A stretch of 64,000 nucleotides of DNA from Chamaesiphon sp. (GCA_965246715.1 CBDFFH010000042.1:1-64000); one strand, 5' to 3'; shown: positions 31,501 to 41,017, numbered from the stretch's first letter. Made by a program: numbers and translations. Notes: a model not told the origin generated them from the letters alone.

Positions 31501-34500
31501 AAACAGTCACCGATACCCTTACCCCAGGATTAGAAAGCGATATCTACCAGATCGAGGCTAAAGCTGGCGATAAACTCTACTTTGATTCTCTCCTCAATAC
31601 CAGTAACGCTTCCTGGACACTATATGGACCCAATACTCAAGCCGTGAGTGGAACTAGTCTAGGTGCTGATTTTGAATCTACCCTGTCCAGCGATGGTACT
31701 TATTTCCTCGTACTTAGCGGCAGCAATACTAGTGGTAATAGTAACTACAGCTTTAAAGTAACCAGTGTCGGCACGACTACTACAGCACTTACGTTGGGAA
31801 CTCCCGTTACTAGTACTATTTCCCAATCGGGCGAACAGGATACCTACACCTTCACGGGTGTTGCCGGACAACGCTTGTATTATGACGGGCTGAGTAATAA
31901 TACTACCTCAACCATCTACTCGCAGTTAATTTCACCTAGCGGACAGACGATATTCTTTAATGGAGATGCCGATAGCAATCGCGCTCCTGTGACACTTGCC
32001 GAGGTTGGCACCTATAAACTAGTCGTCGATGGCAATGGTGCGGATACGGGCAACTATAGCTTCAATCTCATCGATGTTGGTGCTGCAAGCCTGTTGAGCT
32101 TGAATGCGAATATTTCCGGTACGCTCGATCCCGGCTTGAAAACCCTGATTTATCGCATCAACGGTACGGCAGGACAAAAACTCAAATTTGATTCTCTGCT
32201 TACGAGTTCCGCCAATGGTAACTGGACGCTCTACAACTTAAATAATAGTTCCCTCGGTGGCTACAACCTCGCTACGGACTTTAATATTACCTTGCCTAAC
32301 GACGGCACCTATGTCTTGGCGATCGATGGTAATAACGCTAGCGGAACGGTTAATTACAACTTCCAAGTCACCGATGTTAGCGATGCACCAGTCACCAAGA
32401 GCGGTTTCAATACCGTTCGCAGTGGGACGATCGCTGCTGGCGGACAAACTAACTACACCCTGACAGCTTCAACCGGAACCTTCGTTTACTTCGACTCGCA
32501 AAGTCTCAATGCCACCAACCTCACGATCGAAGTCCGCGATCCCAGCAATGTCTTAGTGACATCCATTACTGCCAGTAACGACATCCAGCCCGTGCGGTTG
32601 AATAGTTCGGGCAATTATACCGTCACCGTCAAAGGATCGAGTGCTACGAGTACGGGAGCCTATAGTTTCCAAGCGATCGATCTCGATACAGGAGCGATCG
32701 GTCTGACTTTGGGCACTCCGATTTCCAAAACTCTCACGAATGGTGCGGAAACTGTCGCCTACAAATTTGTGGGTGCAGCAGGTCAAAAAATCTTTTATGA
32801 TGCCCTCCAGAGCGATCCTGATGTCGTTACTGCACGGTTGATTAGTCCGACTGGTAGCAACATCATCAACCAAAACTCTGATAGCGATACCAATCTGCTG
32901 ACGCTGACGGAAAGCGGTACCTATTACCTCTTACTTCAGGGTAATAATGCTACCGCTGCTGATTTCAGCTTCAATCTCATTGATGCTACTGCGGCACCCG
33001 TTCTAGAACTCGACAAAGCGGTGACAGACAAACTCCAACCTGGGTTGGAAACAAATATTTACCGCATTGACGGCACTGCCAACCAACGTCTGTTCTTCGA
33101 CTCCTTCGCTAATGCTACCAGTGCAACTTGGTATCTCTACAACTCCACAAATCAGTATATTGCGGGAACCAGTCTCAGTGCTGATTTTGAGATGACATTG
33201 CCTTACACGGGCACTTATTACCTCGTCCTCAACGGTAATAATGCTACAGCCAATATCGACTACAGTTTCAAAGTCGTCAATGCACCTACCACCACCGCAG
33301 CACTGACGATCGGCACTGCTGTAAGTAGCAGCCTGACTATTCCGGGAGAAATTAAAGAATACACCTTTATGGGTAGCTTGGGACAACGCTTGTACTACGA
33401 TAGCTTGAGTAATAACACTACCTCGACTATTTACTCGCGGTTGATTAGTCCGAGTGGACAGACAGTATTCGGTAACACTGATGCCGACAGCGATCGGACA
33501 CCATTTACCCTCACCGAAGCCGGAACTTACAAACTAATTATCGATGGCAATAGCGCGGATACGGGTAACTTTAGTTTCAATTTGCTGAATGCAGGTACGG
33601 CTCCAACCGTTACGCTAGGCGAAACCGTCACCAGCACTCTGACCCCCGGTGTAGAAACCAATATCTATCGGATTAACGGGACAGCTGGACAACAGCTCTA
33701 TATCGACTCTCTACTAACTACCACTAATGCTTATAATGCTTATTGGACGCTGTACGATCCGAATAATCAGTCCGTTAGTGGTAGCTATATCACCGACCTC
33801 GAACCGACGCTGGCGATCGATGGCACCTATCTGTTAGTAATTAGTGGTAGCAACACCAGCGGGAATAGTAACTACAGCTTTAAAGTTACTAATACGACTA
33901 CCACCAGTACGCAGCTAACCTTGGGTAGTACCGTCACCAGCAGCATTGCCCAATCGGGTGAAAAAGATATCTATACCTTCACAGGTACTGCCGGACAAAG
34001 GTTATTGTACGACGCATTAATCAATAACAGTACCTCAACCATTTACGCACAGTTGATTAGTCCTAGCGGTCAAACCGCATTCTACAACGGCGATGCGGAT
34101 AGCGATCGGGCACCGTTTACCCTGACAGAATCCGGCACCTATAAACTGAGCCTCGATGGCAACGCAGCTGATACGGGAGACTATAGCTTCCGGTTGCTCG
34201 ATCTTAGTAACGCCACCACTGTCAAACTAGCCACCACCGTCACTGATACCTTGACTCCTGGCTTGGAGTCGGATATTTACAAGATCGATGCCACTGCAGG
34301 ACAACGACTCTTCTTTGATGCCCTCACCACCGCCACAGGTGCCGCTTGGACGCTATACGGGCCAAACAATAGTTATGTCAACAGTAGTAATCTGAGTATC
34401 GATTTTGAAACCACTATTGCTACCAGCGGTACTTATTATCTCGTATTGGATGGTTATACTACTACTGGCAATGTTAACTACAGCTTCAAAGTCACCAATC

Positions 34501-35114
34501 CGACTACTACCTCTACCCCCATGCCTTTGGGGATTACGGTCACTGGTACTATTGCCGAACCAGGCGAAGTCGATGAATACACATTCGTGGGCACAGTCGG
34601 ACAACGATTGTACTATGATGCCCTACTGACTAATAATACCTTTGTGAATAATGCTCAGTTGGTCAGTCCCAGCGGCACGGCAGTATTCTTTAATGGTAAT
34701 GCCGATAGCGATCGAGGTCCGGTTACGCTCACCGAACCTGGCACCTATCGCCTAATTCTCGATGGTTCGGGTAGCAGCACTGGTAACTATAGTTTCCGAC
34801 TATTAGATACAACTACTGCTCCCACTATTACCCTCGACAACACCATCACCAATACCCTCAATCCTGGATTAAAGACCGATGTTTATCGGATTAATGGTAA
34901 AGCCGGACAAAAACTCCGGTTCGATTCCTTAATTACTGGTTTTGTGAATAGCAACTGGTCGTTATCAGGCCCTGGCGATCGGTATTTTAATGGCAGCAAT
35001 CTCGGCAGTGATTTTGAAACCACATTAACAGGTGACGGTACTTATTTATTGGTTATCAATGGATATGCAAGCAATGGTACTGTTGAATACAAATTCAAAG
35101 TTACGGAGATCTAA
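22590..35114 (+). CDS. Giant (4174 aa) multidomain extracellular-type protein: Ig-like repeats, vanadium haloperoxidase/PAP2-like domain, DUF1990-like cassette, Ca-binding repeats, LVIVD propeller, PPC-like repeats
   Basis: Uninterrupted ORF; AWDAKY..WRP, PEYISGHS, SRIYGGIHF; D.AGN Ig repeats; TTLDGHPEEG; DSDSDGLGD; AYVADG...LQVI; repeated YTFTG..GQRLYYD units. Confidence 0.9.
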   Translation: MNEFISNSSTSQNRDPLLGNLQDLAKNSENGLILNILSGSAASLQLSGVEDDYLKQTLLPLVQQELRDFRESPDFASKMNLAFGNGFDREPDKSWQALDKLISANIVLGDILPSERLQAKGAFDGDRIYLSKELLDPQLVAPQAAASVLLEEMGHYIDSQINSQDTPGDEGAIFAKLVLDLPFAPGELAALQAEDDWGTLIGSDGSSIPVELASATASLASVALAFDSGVDGNDRITADPTIVGTIADLNSIGKLQASLNNGGFVDITTQIDASGNFSLDAATLTQLNGGQLPDGKYKVTIQTEDRQGKAAEPVTLDFTLDTTPPSASGFMLDSLYDSAPIGDSRTSFGSVDLIGQTEANATVTLKTRKESANASVIADAQGKFRFSQVALAVGDNSFTVKSVDLAGNTRSQTNTIRRVTQDSSDVVLDWNGVLLNAVYTDKTAPPLASRNMAIVQTAVFDAVNSFANTYQNYHFTGAAPTGASLEAAAAAAAYNTLLQLYPKQKTYFDNALISSLAKIADGKAEDDGVAFGKQVADDLLAFRSNDGASKTVTYTPGTDPGDWQPTAPGFAAALAPQWGNVTPFGLTSGSQFRPAGEPVLTSDKYTADFNQVKELGSIDSTTRTADQTQIAQFWADGGGTFTPPGHWNQIAQNVAASKGNSLLDNARLFALLDMSLADAGIAAWDAKYQFNFWRPITAIQKADTDGNPNTIADPNWKPLITTPPFPEYISGHSTFSGAAATVLTSLLGDNISFSINSLGTPGIDRTFSSFNAAATEAGISRIYGGIHFNSANIDGQTTGKSIGNYVLQNSLAMANDAQPPVVKFALATDTGSSNGDKITSDPTIKGTLTDASQITKFQAKLNTGSFVDVLAKLTADGTFNLDKAALAQINGGQLADGAYQLNLKAEDKFGNATSESTLSFTLDSTKPIAPTEIKIKDDPDTVTSLKTPTIIGKAETGATVQIFEGTTKLGETKAVNGTWEITTFTLTDGVKNLTVKSIDPAGNSSDNTAFSLTVQSATVDITPPVAAVSSLASTAVNYLELTFDEPVTDAAFAADKYSLKIFGGTQDGQAATIASIQKLSPTQVRINLAAAFGSGNYKLAVAAGIADTVGNATTAAQTFDLSVAAARLTISPANGEEMVGLNRDTVVNFGKKIDPTTVNSDNFYLIANGQRIAGRIKVSSTEEFATFFYDSPLPSSTEVRIVVDGTKILGRDGVAIDGDGDGKAGGIATADFTTLPITRIKGTDVWGYVYDSYNKNADGSNIPLKGVTIRLDSLTDVTATTDDKGYFILKDVPAPEFFVYIDGAKATGSSAASQYASLGKPFHSVPGQSTQLIMDGTPFNVYLPPMAASDVKPLSATEVTKVGFGAAAEAFLQKQFPTIDPELWKEVKVTFNPGSAQDDAGNKATQATIIPVDPQRLPAPLPPGADPKLVISIQAGGAGGFNREAQGGSTNFDVPAPIQFPNLDGLKPGEKSLFWSFDHDAGKWIVIGTGTVSADGKTIVSDPGVGVIAPGWHFVAPGTPSKGKGSNTPDRFDPNTSAPHRRLLDNNYPPEVEDSLKKNGRKIQNIDDGYGDYLYDKYSTTVKMPPGLTPEQFLERLAKDLNGTIKDPFFNGINTFDKNPNPKLGDIYHISIGGGTANIFNLIPTLGTLNGKGIDVILTEKQSDRFRFTTLDGHPEEGSREFGFSKNPDGTVTFYTAGASRPRGPVEGFVGQLPQQWGWESLMRGIGNEIQNKGGSITQKIQEERYRVAPPSQNPSSTNNLNILSIQAIATLSALESVSLLAVNAVNEATIAEKSKPASNEFFYRIQYSDLASPNPQLNVLTGKTGKDGSFSVVLPANQYYAISLYNPETELYGWATGLTSTSGLNTDFGDISVSSASLVDSDSDGLGDMAEYIIGTDANKFSTTSDGISDGAKLKQGLDPLNGRGFPTGIISSLPLQGEAKDIVVSGSTTNSQTQTAYVATGSHGLAVVNASQFNNPIVLGQLNLPGDATSVGVDNKLNIAAVATNSGGLQLVNVADGMLPILIKTVNLAANKVEVADGIAYASVGNVLHSIDLSTGDDLQSLTLPGSGTVTGLAREGSKLYAYVSGSDTFSVIDISAEGSATVLGQLVVSIASSEVGLTVGNGVAYLAGSGLSTVDVSDPTKPKLISGADTFFTARNVALNGSGLAVVSAEGQGLGIYSTADSQKTDNFITQIDTPGFTYDAAIASGIAYVADGTSDLQVINYLPFDNKGKAPTISIDTTAIDLDPNTAGIQVQEGSTIPIRANITDDVQVRNVELLVDGQVVANDVSFPWDLSVVAPKITATKNTVDIQVRATDTGGNISLSNLLTLNLSVDKFAPKVLGTTPIAGARSKTIPNIVVKFDEAIDVNKLNTSGVTFTNLGKDGVLGGGDDTVTPIKILETRSFDRTLVITPDSELPVGNYQVKVDPSIISDRAGNSLTAPLTLNFTKRPLTTPLGLGAAITGKIAQAGDDEIYTFTGTTGTRLIFDSLLDNSATTNTYTQITSPSGRSIVNYYSYDYYYYNNNVVTLTESGTYKVTVKSSNNTTGDFSFRLLDGNGAPTITLGTTVTDVLPNGSLENDIYQINGKAGDRLYFDSLSKDATTSIWTLYGTGNQYITSTNLSNDIETVLPNDGTYLLVLDRYSSSTAAVNYSFKVTNPPTTTTALTLGTAVSSTIAQPGEMKEYTFTGAIGQRLYYDGLGNNTTSTIYAQLLSPSGQSVFYNGDADSDRSPFTLTEAGTYKLVIDGYLDNIGNYGFKLIDAGAAPVIKSGDTITSNLTPGLESDIYRIEGQAGDKLYFDSLINTTNATWYLYGSNNQYVSGTSLGADFESNLSSDGTYFLVVSGSNTSGNSNYSFKVTSVGTTTTALTLGTPVASTISQAGEQDIYTFTGTIGQRLYYDGLSNNTTSLVYAQLLSPSGQSVLYLDADGDRGVTLSEAGTYKLVIDGNSADTGNYSFNLIDLSTAKAITLGQTVTDTLTPGLESDIYQIEAKAGDKLYFDSLLNTSNASWTLYGPNTQAVSGTSLGADFESTLSSDGTYFLVLSGSNTSGNSNYSFKVTSVGTTTTALTLGTPVTSTISQSGEQDTYTFTGVAGQRLYYDGLSNNTTSTIYSQLISPSGQTIFFNGDADSNRAPVTLAEVGTYKLVVDGNGADTGNYSFNLIDVGAASLLSLNANISGTLDPGLKTLIYRINGTAGQKLKFDSLLTSSANGNWTLYNLNNSSLGGYNLATDFNITLPNDGTYVLAIDGNNASGTVNYNFQVTDVSDAPVTKSGFNTVRSGTIAAGGQTNYTLTASTGTFVYFDSQSLNATNLTIEVRDPSNVLVTSITASNDIQPVRLNSSGNYTVTVKGSSATSTGAYSFQAIDLDTGAIGLTLGTPISKTLTNGAETVAYKFVGAAGQKIFYDALQSDPDVVTARLISPTGSNIINQNSDSDTNLLTLTESGTYYLLLQGNNATAADFSFNLIDATAAPVLELDKAVTDKLQPGLETNIYRIDGTANQRLFFDSFANATSATWYLYNSTNQYIAGTSLSADFEMTLPYTGTYYLVLNGNNATANIDYSFKVVNAPTTTAALTIGTAVSSSLTIPGEIKEYTFMGSLGQRLYYDSLSNNTTSTIYSRLISPSGQTVFGNTDADSDRTPFTLTEAGTYKLIIDGNSADTGNFSFNLLNAGTAPTVTLGETVTSTLTPGVETNIYRINGTAGQQLYIDSLLTTTNAYNAYWTLYDPNNQSVSGSYITDLEPTLAIDGTYLLVISGSNTSGNSNYSFKVTNTTTTSTQLTLGSTVTSSIAQSGEKDIYTFTGTAGQRLLYDALINNSTSTIYAQLISPSGQTAFYNGDADSDRAPFTLTESGTYKLSLDGNAADTGDYSFRLLDLSNATTVKLATTVTDTLTPGLESDIYKIDATAGQRLFFDALTTATGAAWTLYGPNNSYVNSSNLSIDFETTIATSGTYYLVLDGYTTTGNVNYSFKVTNPTTTSTPMPLGITVTGTIAEPGEVDEYTFVGTVGQRLYYDALLTNNTFVNNAQLVSPSGTAVFFNGNADSDRGPVTLTEPGTYRLILDGSGSSTGNYSFRLLDTTTAPTITLDNTITNTLNPGLKTDVYRINGKAGQKLRFDSLITGFVNSNWSLSGPGDRYFNGSNLGSDFETTLTGDGTYLLVINGYASNGTVEYKFKVTEI
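31044..31780 (+). repeat. Near-identical intragenic duplication with 600-nt period
   Basis: 31044-31180 and 31644-31780 (GTGAGTGGAACTAGTCTAGGTGCTGATTTTGAATCTA...) differ at only a few bases. Confidence 0.85.
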
Positions 35115-35120
35115 CCCACA

Positions 35121-35141
35121 GGCTCTCCCGTACTTATGGTG
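35121..35141. mobile_element. Orphan ISL3-like terminal inverted repeat
   Basis: GGCTCTCCCGTACTT resembles the GGCTCTACCGAACTT end of the adjacent ISL3; no partner end seen. Confidence 0.45.
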
Positions 35142-35240
35142 ATAATTTAATCTTATTGAAGGGGGTAAAGGGGCTTTGATGGCACGCTCGATTGGTGTTT
35201 ATTTGTGCTGTTTTCCCTAAAATAGCAGGAGAGTCGTAAA

Positions 35241-35339
35241 TCAGAAAAGGAGGTAATATTTGCGGCAAGGAGCACCAAAGAACTGGAGAATCCATAACCG
35301 CTCCGTGGTGAGATTGGTGACGTGTTTGGCACCGTCAAC
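35241..35339 (-). pseudogene. IS1634-family transposase C-terminal remnant
   Basis: My translation VDGAKHVTNLTTERLWILQFFGAPCRKYYLLF* resembles cyanobacterial IS1634 transposase C-termini. Confidence 0.6.
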
Positions 35340-35406
35340 AGGGGGAAAACGCAGATTTGTCCGAATTCTGCGTTTTCCCCCAATTACCCCTATTATTAGA
35401 TTACTC

Positions 35407-36821
35407 GGTTCTACCGAACTTACTATGCTAAATCAAGGATTGAAATGCCATGCTAGCAAACTTCTGATCTGAAAATTCTCAAAATTTCTAAACCCATATC
35501 CCATTCTTTTTATTAGCTTGAGTTTATTGTTAATTCCTTCGACGACTCCTTGAGTTGTTCTATTATCAAAATAGGCAATTATTTCACCAATCCATCTTTT
35601 AATAGTTCCACAACTCTTGGGGAATTTCCCACAAGCATTCTTGAGCCAGTCACACAAGCTTATTAGCCCATTTCCCCAATCTGTTTTTGATTCAAATATA
35701 TCTCTAAATAACTCTTTTGTTTTGTGCATTGCTGCTAATTCTGGAAAAACGTCTCCAATCTCTTTCAACTTCTCTTTTTGCAATTCATTCAAATCCGCTT
35801 CGTTTTTGAGTATTGCATATTTACTGTGAGTTAATGCTGCTAATTTCTTGTTCTTTTCATCTTTGTTCTTCACCCTCTCAGCCTCTCTTTTGATTTTAAT
35901 TCTCTCTCGATCTAACTCTTCATTTATCTGTTTCATTACATGAAATCTGTCTCCAACCACTTCAGCATTTGGTATCAATTCATTTACCAGACTTTTGTAT
36001 GATGAAAATAGATCGATACTTACTTCTGTAATTTGGTTCAAAACCTCCGAACCCCAAGACTTCAAGCACTCACCAATACATTCTTGAGTCCTTTTTGGTA
36101 AGATGGCTATTAACTCTCTTTTTTCTAGATCTACTAACACCGCACAATAGTTTTTTTGCCCTTTAACAAAGGCAATTTCATCAATTCCTAGTCTGGTTAA
36201 ATTCTCTGGCTTTTTTTGCACTAGATTTACCCCAGCTTTTTTGATTATTGTCTCCACTTCTTGCTCACTTAATCCATTTCTTTTGGCAACACTTTTAATA
36301 TCACTAGCTAGACTCTCTTCGACAATCTTCTGCTTCATTCGCTCGGTGAAATGACTTCTCTTTTTGATGAAATTTAATTCCTCACTGAATTTTCGACCAC
36401 AACTCATACACTTGAATTGACGACGATTAATTTTAAGGTAAACATCATGTTCACCGAATGGTAGATCTCTCACTGTTAATTGGTGATTCTCATGAAGTTT
36501 ATTACTTTCAGTTCCACAATGAGGACACACTGCTTTTAATTGCTGATTTTCTAGATAAATAAAATAACCGATTTCATCTAAGATCTTATAAGCAGTGACG
36601 GTCATTCCGTCGATATTAAGAATTTCATTAATGGTTTTTAGTTGCGATTTGGATGACATAATGCAATTCAAGCTTATTTGTTGCCAGAAATCAAGATCTT
36701 ACTATTCTATAATAAAATCTGTCATTTATGCTGCACCAAGCTTCCATAACTCAAAATTATCAATTTTGTCAATTAAACTTGATTCTTATCCACTACTTAG
36801 CATAGCAAGTTCGGTAGAGCC
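35407..36821 (-). mobile_element. Complete ISL3-family insertion sequence
   Basis: IRs GGTTCTACCGAACTTACTATGCTAA / TTAGCATAGCAAGTTCGGTAGAGCC; 8-bp target duplication GATTACTC at 35399-35406 and 36822-36829. Confidence 0.95.
35433..36671 (-). CDS. ISL3-family transposase
   Basis: CPHCG..RDLP..RRQFKCMSC zinc finger; LGIDE, DRFHV, EGINNKLKLIKRMGYGFRNFENF. Confidence 0.96.
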   Translation of the reverse strand: MNCIMSSKSQLKTINEILNIDGMTVTAYKILDEIGYFIYLENQQLKAVCPHCGTESNKLHENHQLTVRDLPFGEHDVYLKINRRQFKCMSCGRKFSEELNFIKKRSHFTERMKQKIVEESLASDIKSVAKRNGLSEQEVETIIKKAGVNLVQKKPENLTRLGIDEIAFVKGQKNYCAVLVDLEKRELIAILPKRTQECIGECLKSWGSEVLNQITEVSIDLFSSYKSLVNELIPNAEVVGDRFHVMKQINEELDRERIKIKREAERVKNKDEKNKKLAALTHSKYAILKNEADLNELQKEKLKEIGDVFPELAAMHKTKELFRDIFESKTDWGNGLISLCDWLKNACGKFPKSCGTIKRWIGEIIAYFDNRTTQGVVEGINNKLKLIKRMGYGFRNFENFQIRSLLAWHFNP

Positions 36822-36865
36822 GATTACTCTCTCATTTCTCTCTTGTCTGACTTTGTTTCTTTCAA

Positions 36866-37089
36866 CCCACATTCCGCTAGTTCGACCACCCTTGGGGGTG
36901 CGCTTGCGCGTTCGGCTAAAAAATAATAAGATCCATAATCCTGTTGTAGCAACCTTTCTAGCGATTTAGCCTCTGTGTTGCGATCGAAAGCACATTCTCG
37001 ATAGGATAAGACTATTGAGAATACAATCTCTACGATCCAATGGCTTCGTTTTAATTATTTTTCGATCGCTTGGACTAGCGGAATGTGGG
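36866..37089. mobile_element. 224-bp MITE with IS1634-like ends
   Basis: 16-bp TIR CCCACATTCCGCTAGT / ACTAGCGGAATGTGGG; 6-bp direct repeat TTTCAA at 36860-36865 and 37090-37095; no transposase inside. Confidence 0.85.
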
Positions 37090-37134
37090 TTTCAACCGAA
37101 CTGCGGCGCGGCCCATTGATGACTCACGTTAAAT

Positions 37135-37164
37135 AAAAAATGTGCTCGATCTTCGATCGAGCAC
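37135..37164 (-). terminator. atp operon terminator
   Basis: GTGCTCGATC-TTC-GATCGAGCAC with an adjacent A-tract (T-tract on the minus strand). Confidence 0.65.
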
Positions 37165-37194
37165 TCATCAATAATATTAAATTAATCTCAAATT

Positions 37195-38145
37195 CTAACC
37201 CTGTAGAGCCTCAGCACCGCCGACGACTTCGAGAATCTCTTGAGTAATCGCTGACTGACGTGCCTTGTTGTAAGTGAGTGTCAAGGTACCGATCAGTTCC
37301 TTGGCATTATCACTGGCGTTATTCATTGCTGTCATCCGCGCAGCAAGTTCGCTGGCAGCAGACTCTTGTAAGGAACGCAAGAGTTGATTATTAAGATATA
37401 ACGGCAACAATGCATCCAAGATTTGATTGGGATCTTGCTCGAAGATCGTATCGCTGGGGAGGGGTGGAGTAGTAGAAGCTAATTTTTCGCGCTCGACGGC
37501 GAAATTACCACCGCGAGTAGTCAACCGGAACACTTCATCATCTGGTACTTCTAAACCTTGAGGGGAGAGCGGTAACAGCGTTTGAATTACTGGGCGAGAA
37601 GCGATCAAGGAGACGAACTTGGTGTAAACTAGTTCTACTCTGTCTACAGTTTCCGAAAGGAAGAGCGAGAGTAATTCATCCGCGACCTTACCTGCTTCTA
37701 CAGCAGTGGGGATTTGTTCTAAACCAGTGTAGGTAGCATCGATCGGTTGGTTGCGACGTTGGAAATACTGAGTCGCTTTACGTCCGACTGTTACAAATCG
37801 GTAATCCACTCCTTGAGCCTTAAGTTCTTTGGCGCGAAGTTCGGCTTTTTTGATGATGGCACTATTATAACCACCACAGAGACCGCGATCGCCGGTAACT
37901 ACCAATAACCCAACACACTTTACTTGGCGTTGTTGGAGTAAAGGAGATGTTGCGTCAGCAAATTTTAACTTGCTTTGAAGACTGTATAAAACCTGTGCCA
38001 ATTTATCGGCAAAGGGACGAGTAGCAATTACTTGTTGTTGGGCGCGACGGACTTTAGCAGCCGCAACCAGCCGCATCGCTTCGGTAATTTTTTTAGTGTT
38101 TTTAACCGATTGAATTCGATCGCGAATCGCTTTTAAGTTAGCCAT
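37195..38145 (-). CDS. atpG: ATP synthase F1 gamma subunit (cyanobacterial atpC)
   Basis: [34 protein letters not shown]. Confidence 0.98.
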   Translation of the reverse strand: MANLKAIRDRIQSVKNTKKITEAMRLVAAAKVRRAQQQVIATRPFADKLAQVLYSLQSKLKFADATSPLLQQRQVKCVGLLVVTGDRGLCGGYNSAIIKKAELRAKELKAQGVDYRFVTVGRKATQYFQRRNQPIDATYTGLEQIPTAVEAGKVADELLSLFLSETVDRVELVYTKFVSLIASRPVIQTLLPLSPQGLEVPDDEVFRLTTRGGNFAVEREKLASTTPPLPSDTIFEQDPNQILDALLPLYLNNQLLRSLQESAASELAARMTAMNNASDNAKELIGTLTLTYNKARQSAITQEILEVVGGAEALQG

Positions 38146-38316
38146 AATTTAGTTTTTTATTTATTTTTAATAGGTAGATCCTAGTGATGGAAGTGACTAG
38201 TGGCTAGTATAATTACCTCACTCCATTCATAGCTGACATATATGATGGGGATAAAGGATAAAGATCGGGAATAATCACTATTCCCTACTCTCTACCCTCT
38301 ATCCCCTATCCCCCAA

Positions 38317-39864
<1,548 letters not shown>

Positions 39865-39867
39865 CTA

Positions 39868-39957
39868 TAGGTATTAGGCTTTAGGCTTTAGGTATTAGGC
39901 TTTAGATTTTAGGTTTTTAGTATTTATTAAATCCCTATTCCCTATTCCCTATCCCCT
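39868..39957. repeat. Heptamer short tandem repeats (STRR-like)
   Basis: TTAGGCT/TTAGGTA runs, then CTATTCC/CTATCCC runs; similar runs at 38281-38315, 41870-41898 (TTCATAA), 42293-42325 and 52631-52670 (TAGCCAC), 43750-43792. Confidence 0.8.
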
Positions 39958-39959
39958 AA

Positions 39960-40493
39960 TTAAGCAATACTCAGACCCAAGCGACGAATTTCGGCGCGGA
40001 GGCTGGAATCGATCACTTGAGAACCAAATTTGATAATTACGCCACCGATAATCGCTGGATCGATTTTGGCAGCGATTTCGACGCTACTGGCATTGGTCAG
40101 ACCTTGGACTCGATCGCGAACGGATTGAGTCTGAGCTTCAGTCAATGCGACTGCACTGGTAACTTCAGCGAGGACGATCCCTTTTAATTTCCGTAGCGCC
40201 GCTTGATACTGCTGACAAATCTCAGTCAGATTCACGATCCGTCGCCGTTCGACTAAAATCATCAAGAAGTTCACCATAAAGGGGTGAATCGTCTCGCCGA
40301 CGATCTTGCCTAAAATGGCTTTCTTATCAGCGATTTTAACGATCGGATTAGATAAGATTTGGGTTAATTCTGGCGAACCATCGAGCATCCCCAGGATATC
40401 CGCACAATTGCTGCCAAATTCGTCAGTCAGATTTTGGGACTGCGCCAGGGACATCAGTGCATCTGCGTAAGGTGTAACCGTGCTACCTTTCAT
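39960..40493 (-). CDS. atpH: ATP synthase F1 delta subunit (cyanobacterial atpD)
   Basis: PYADAL, AEVTSAVAL, IIGGVIIKFGSQVIDSSL; operon position. Confidence 0.96.
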   Translation of the reverse strand: MKGSTVTPYADALMSLAQSQNLTDEFGSNCADILGMLDGSPELTQILSNPIVKIADKKAILGKIVGETIHPFMVNFLMILVERRRIVNLTEICQQYQAALRKLKGIVLAEVTSAVALTEAQTQSVRDRVQGLTNASSVEIAAKIDPAIIGGVIIKFGSQVIDSSLRAEIRRLGLSIA

Positions 40494-41017
40494 TATTTAC
40501 CTCCTACCATCGCGATACTGCGATCGACTAACTCAGCTTGAGTCGAATCGGTCAACAGATTTTTGAGCTGTGCTTCGGCTCGTTCGATCGCCAAGGCTGA
40601 GATCCGCGCGCGTAGTTCGGCAATCGCCTTATCCTGCTCGGTACTGGTATCGGCAGCAGCTAGTTGTTGCATCCGCTCGATATCGACGGCGACTTTAGCC
40701 GCGATTTCAGCCTTAACGCTTTCTGCTGTCGTAATTGCCGATTGCCGAATTTTTTCTGCTTCGGCTTGCGCTTGAGCCAGATTTTGCTTAGCGACTTCTA
40801 GCGCAGAGATGGCTTGTTTCTGACGAACCTCGATATCTTTAATCGCAGTTTCGATCGATGCGCGGCGTTCGGAGAGAATATTGCCCAGGAGCTTGCGACC
40901 AAAGACAACGACAAACCCCAGAACTAGGGTGATGTTAAATAAGTTGGTTTCAATTAAATCTGAATTTAGACCGAAACCACCTTCGGATGTGGCGAGGAAT
41001 AAGAAATTTCCCATCAT
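40493..41017 (-). CDS. atpF: ATP synthase Fo subunit b
   Basis: GFGLNSDLIETNLFN TM anchor plus coiled coil; operon position. Confidence 0.95.
   Translation of the reverse strand: MMGNFLFLATSEGGFGLNSDLIETNLFNITLVLGFVVVFGRKLLGNILSERRASIETAIKDIEVRQKQAISALEVAKQNLAQAQAEAEKIRQSAITTAESVKAEIAAKVAVDIERMQQLAAADTSTEQDKAIAELRARISALAIERAEAQLKNLLTDSTQAELVDRSIAMVGGK

Noticed and set aside
35115..35120. CCCACA as the Tn7 left end
   Set aside because: Not followed by the expected ATCTT duplication and not preceded by inverted TnsB sites
36595..36969. 124-aa + strand ORF spanning the ISL3 end and the MITE
   Set aside because: It crosses element boundaries, so it is a chance ORF
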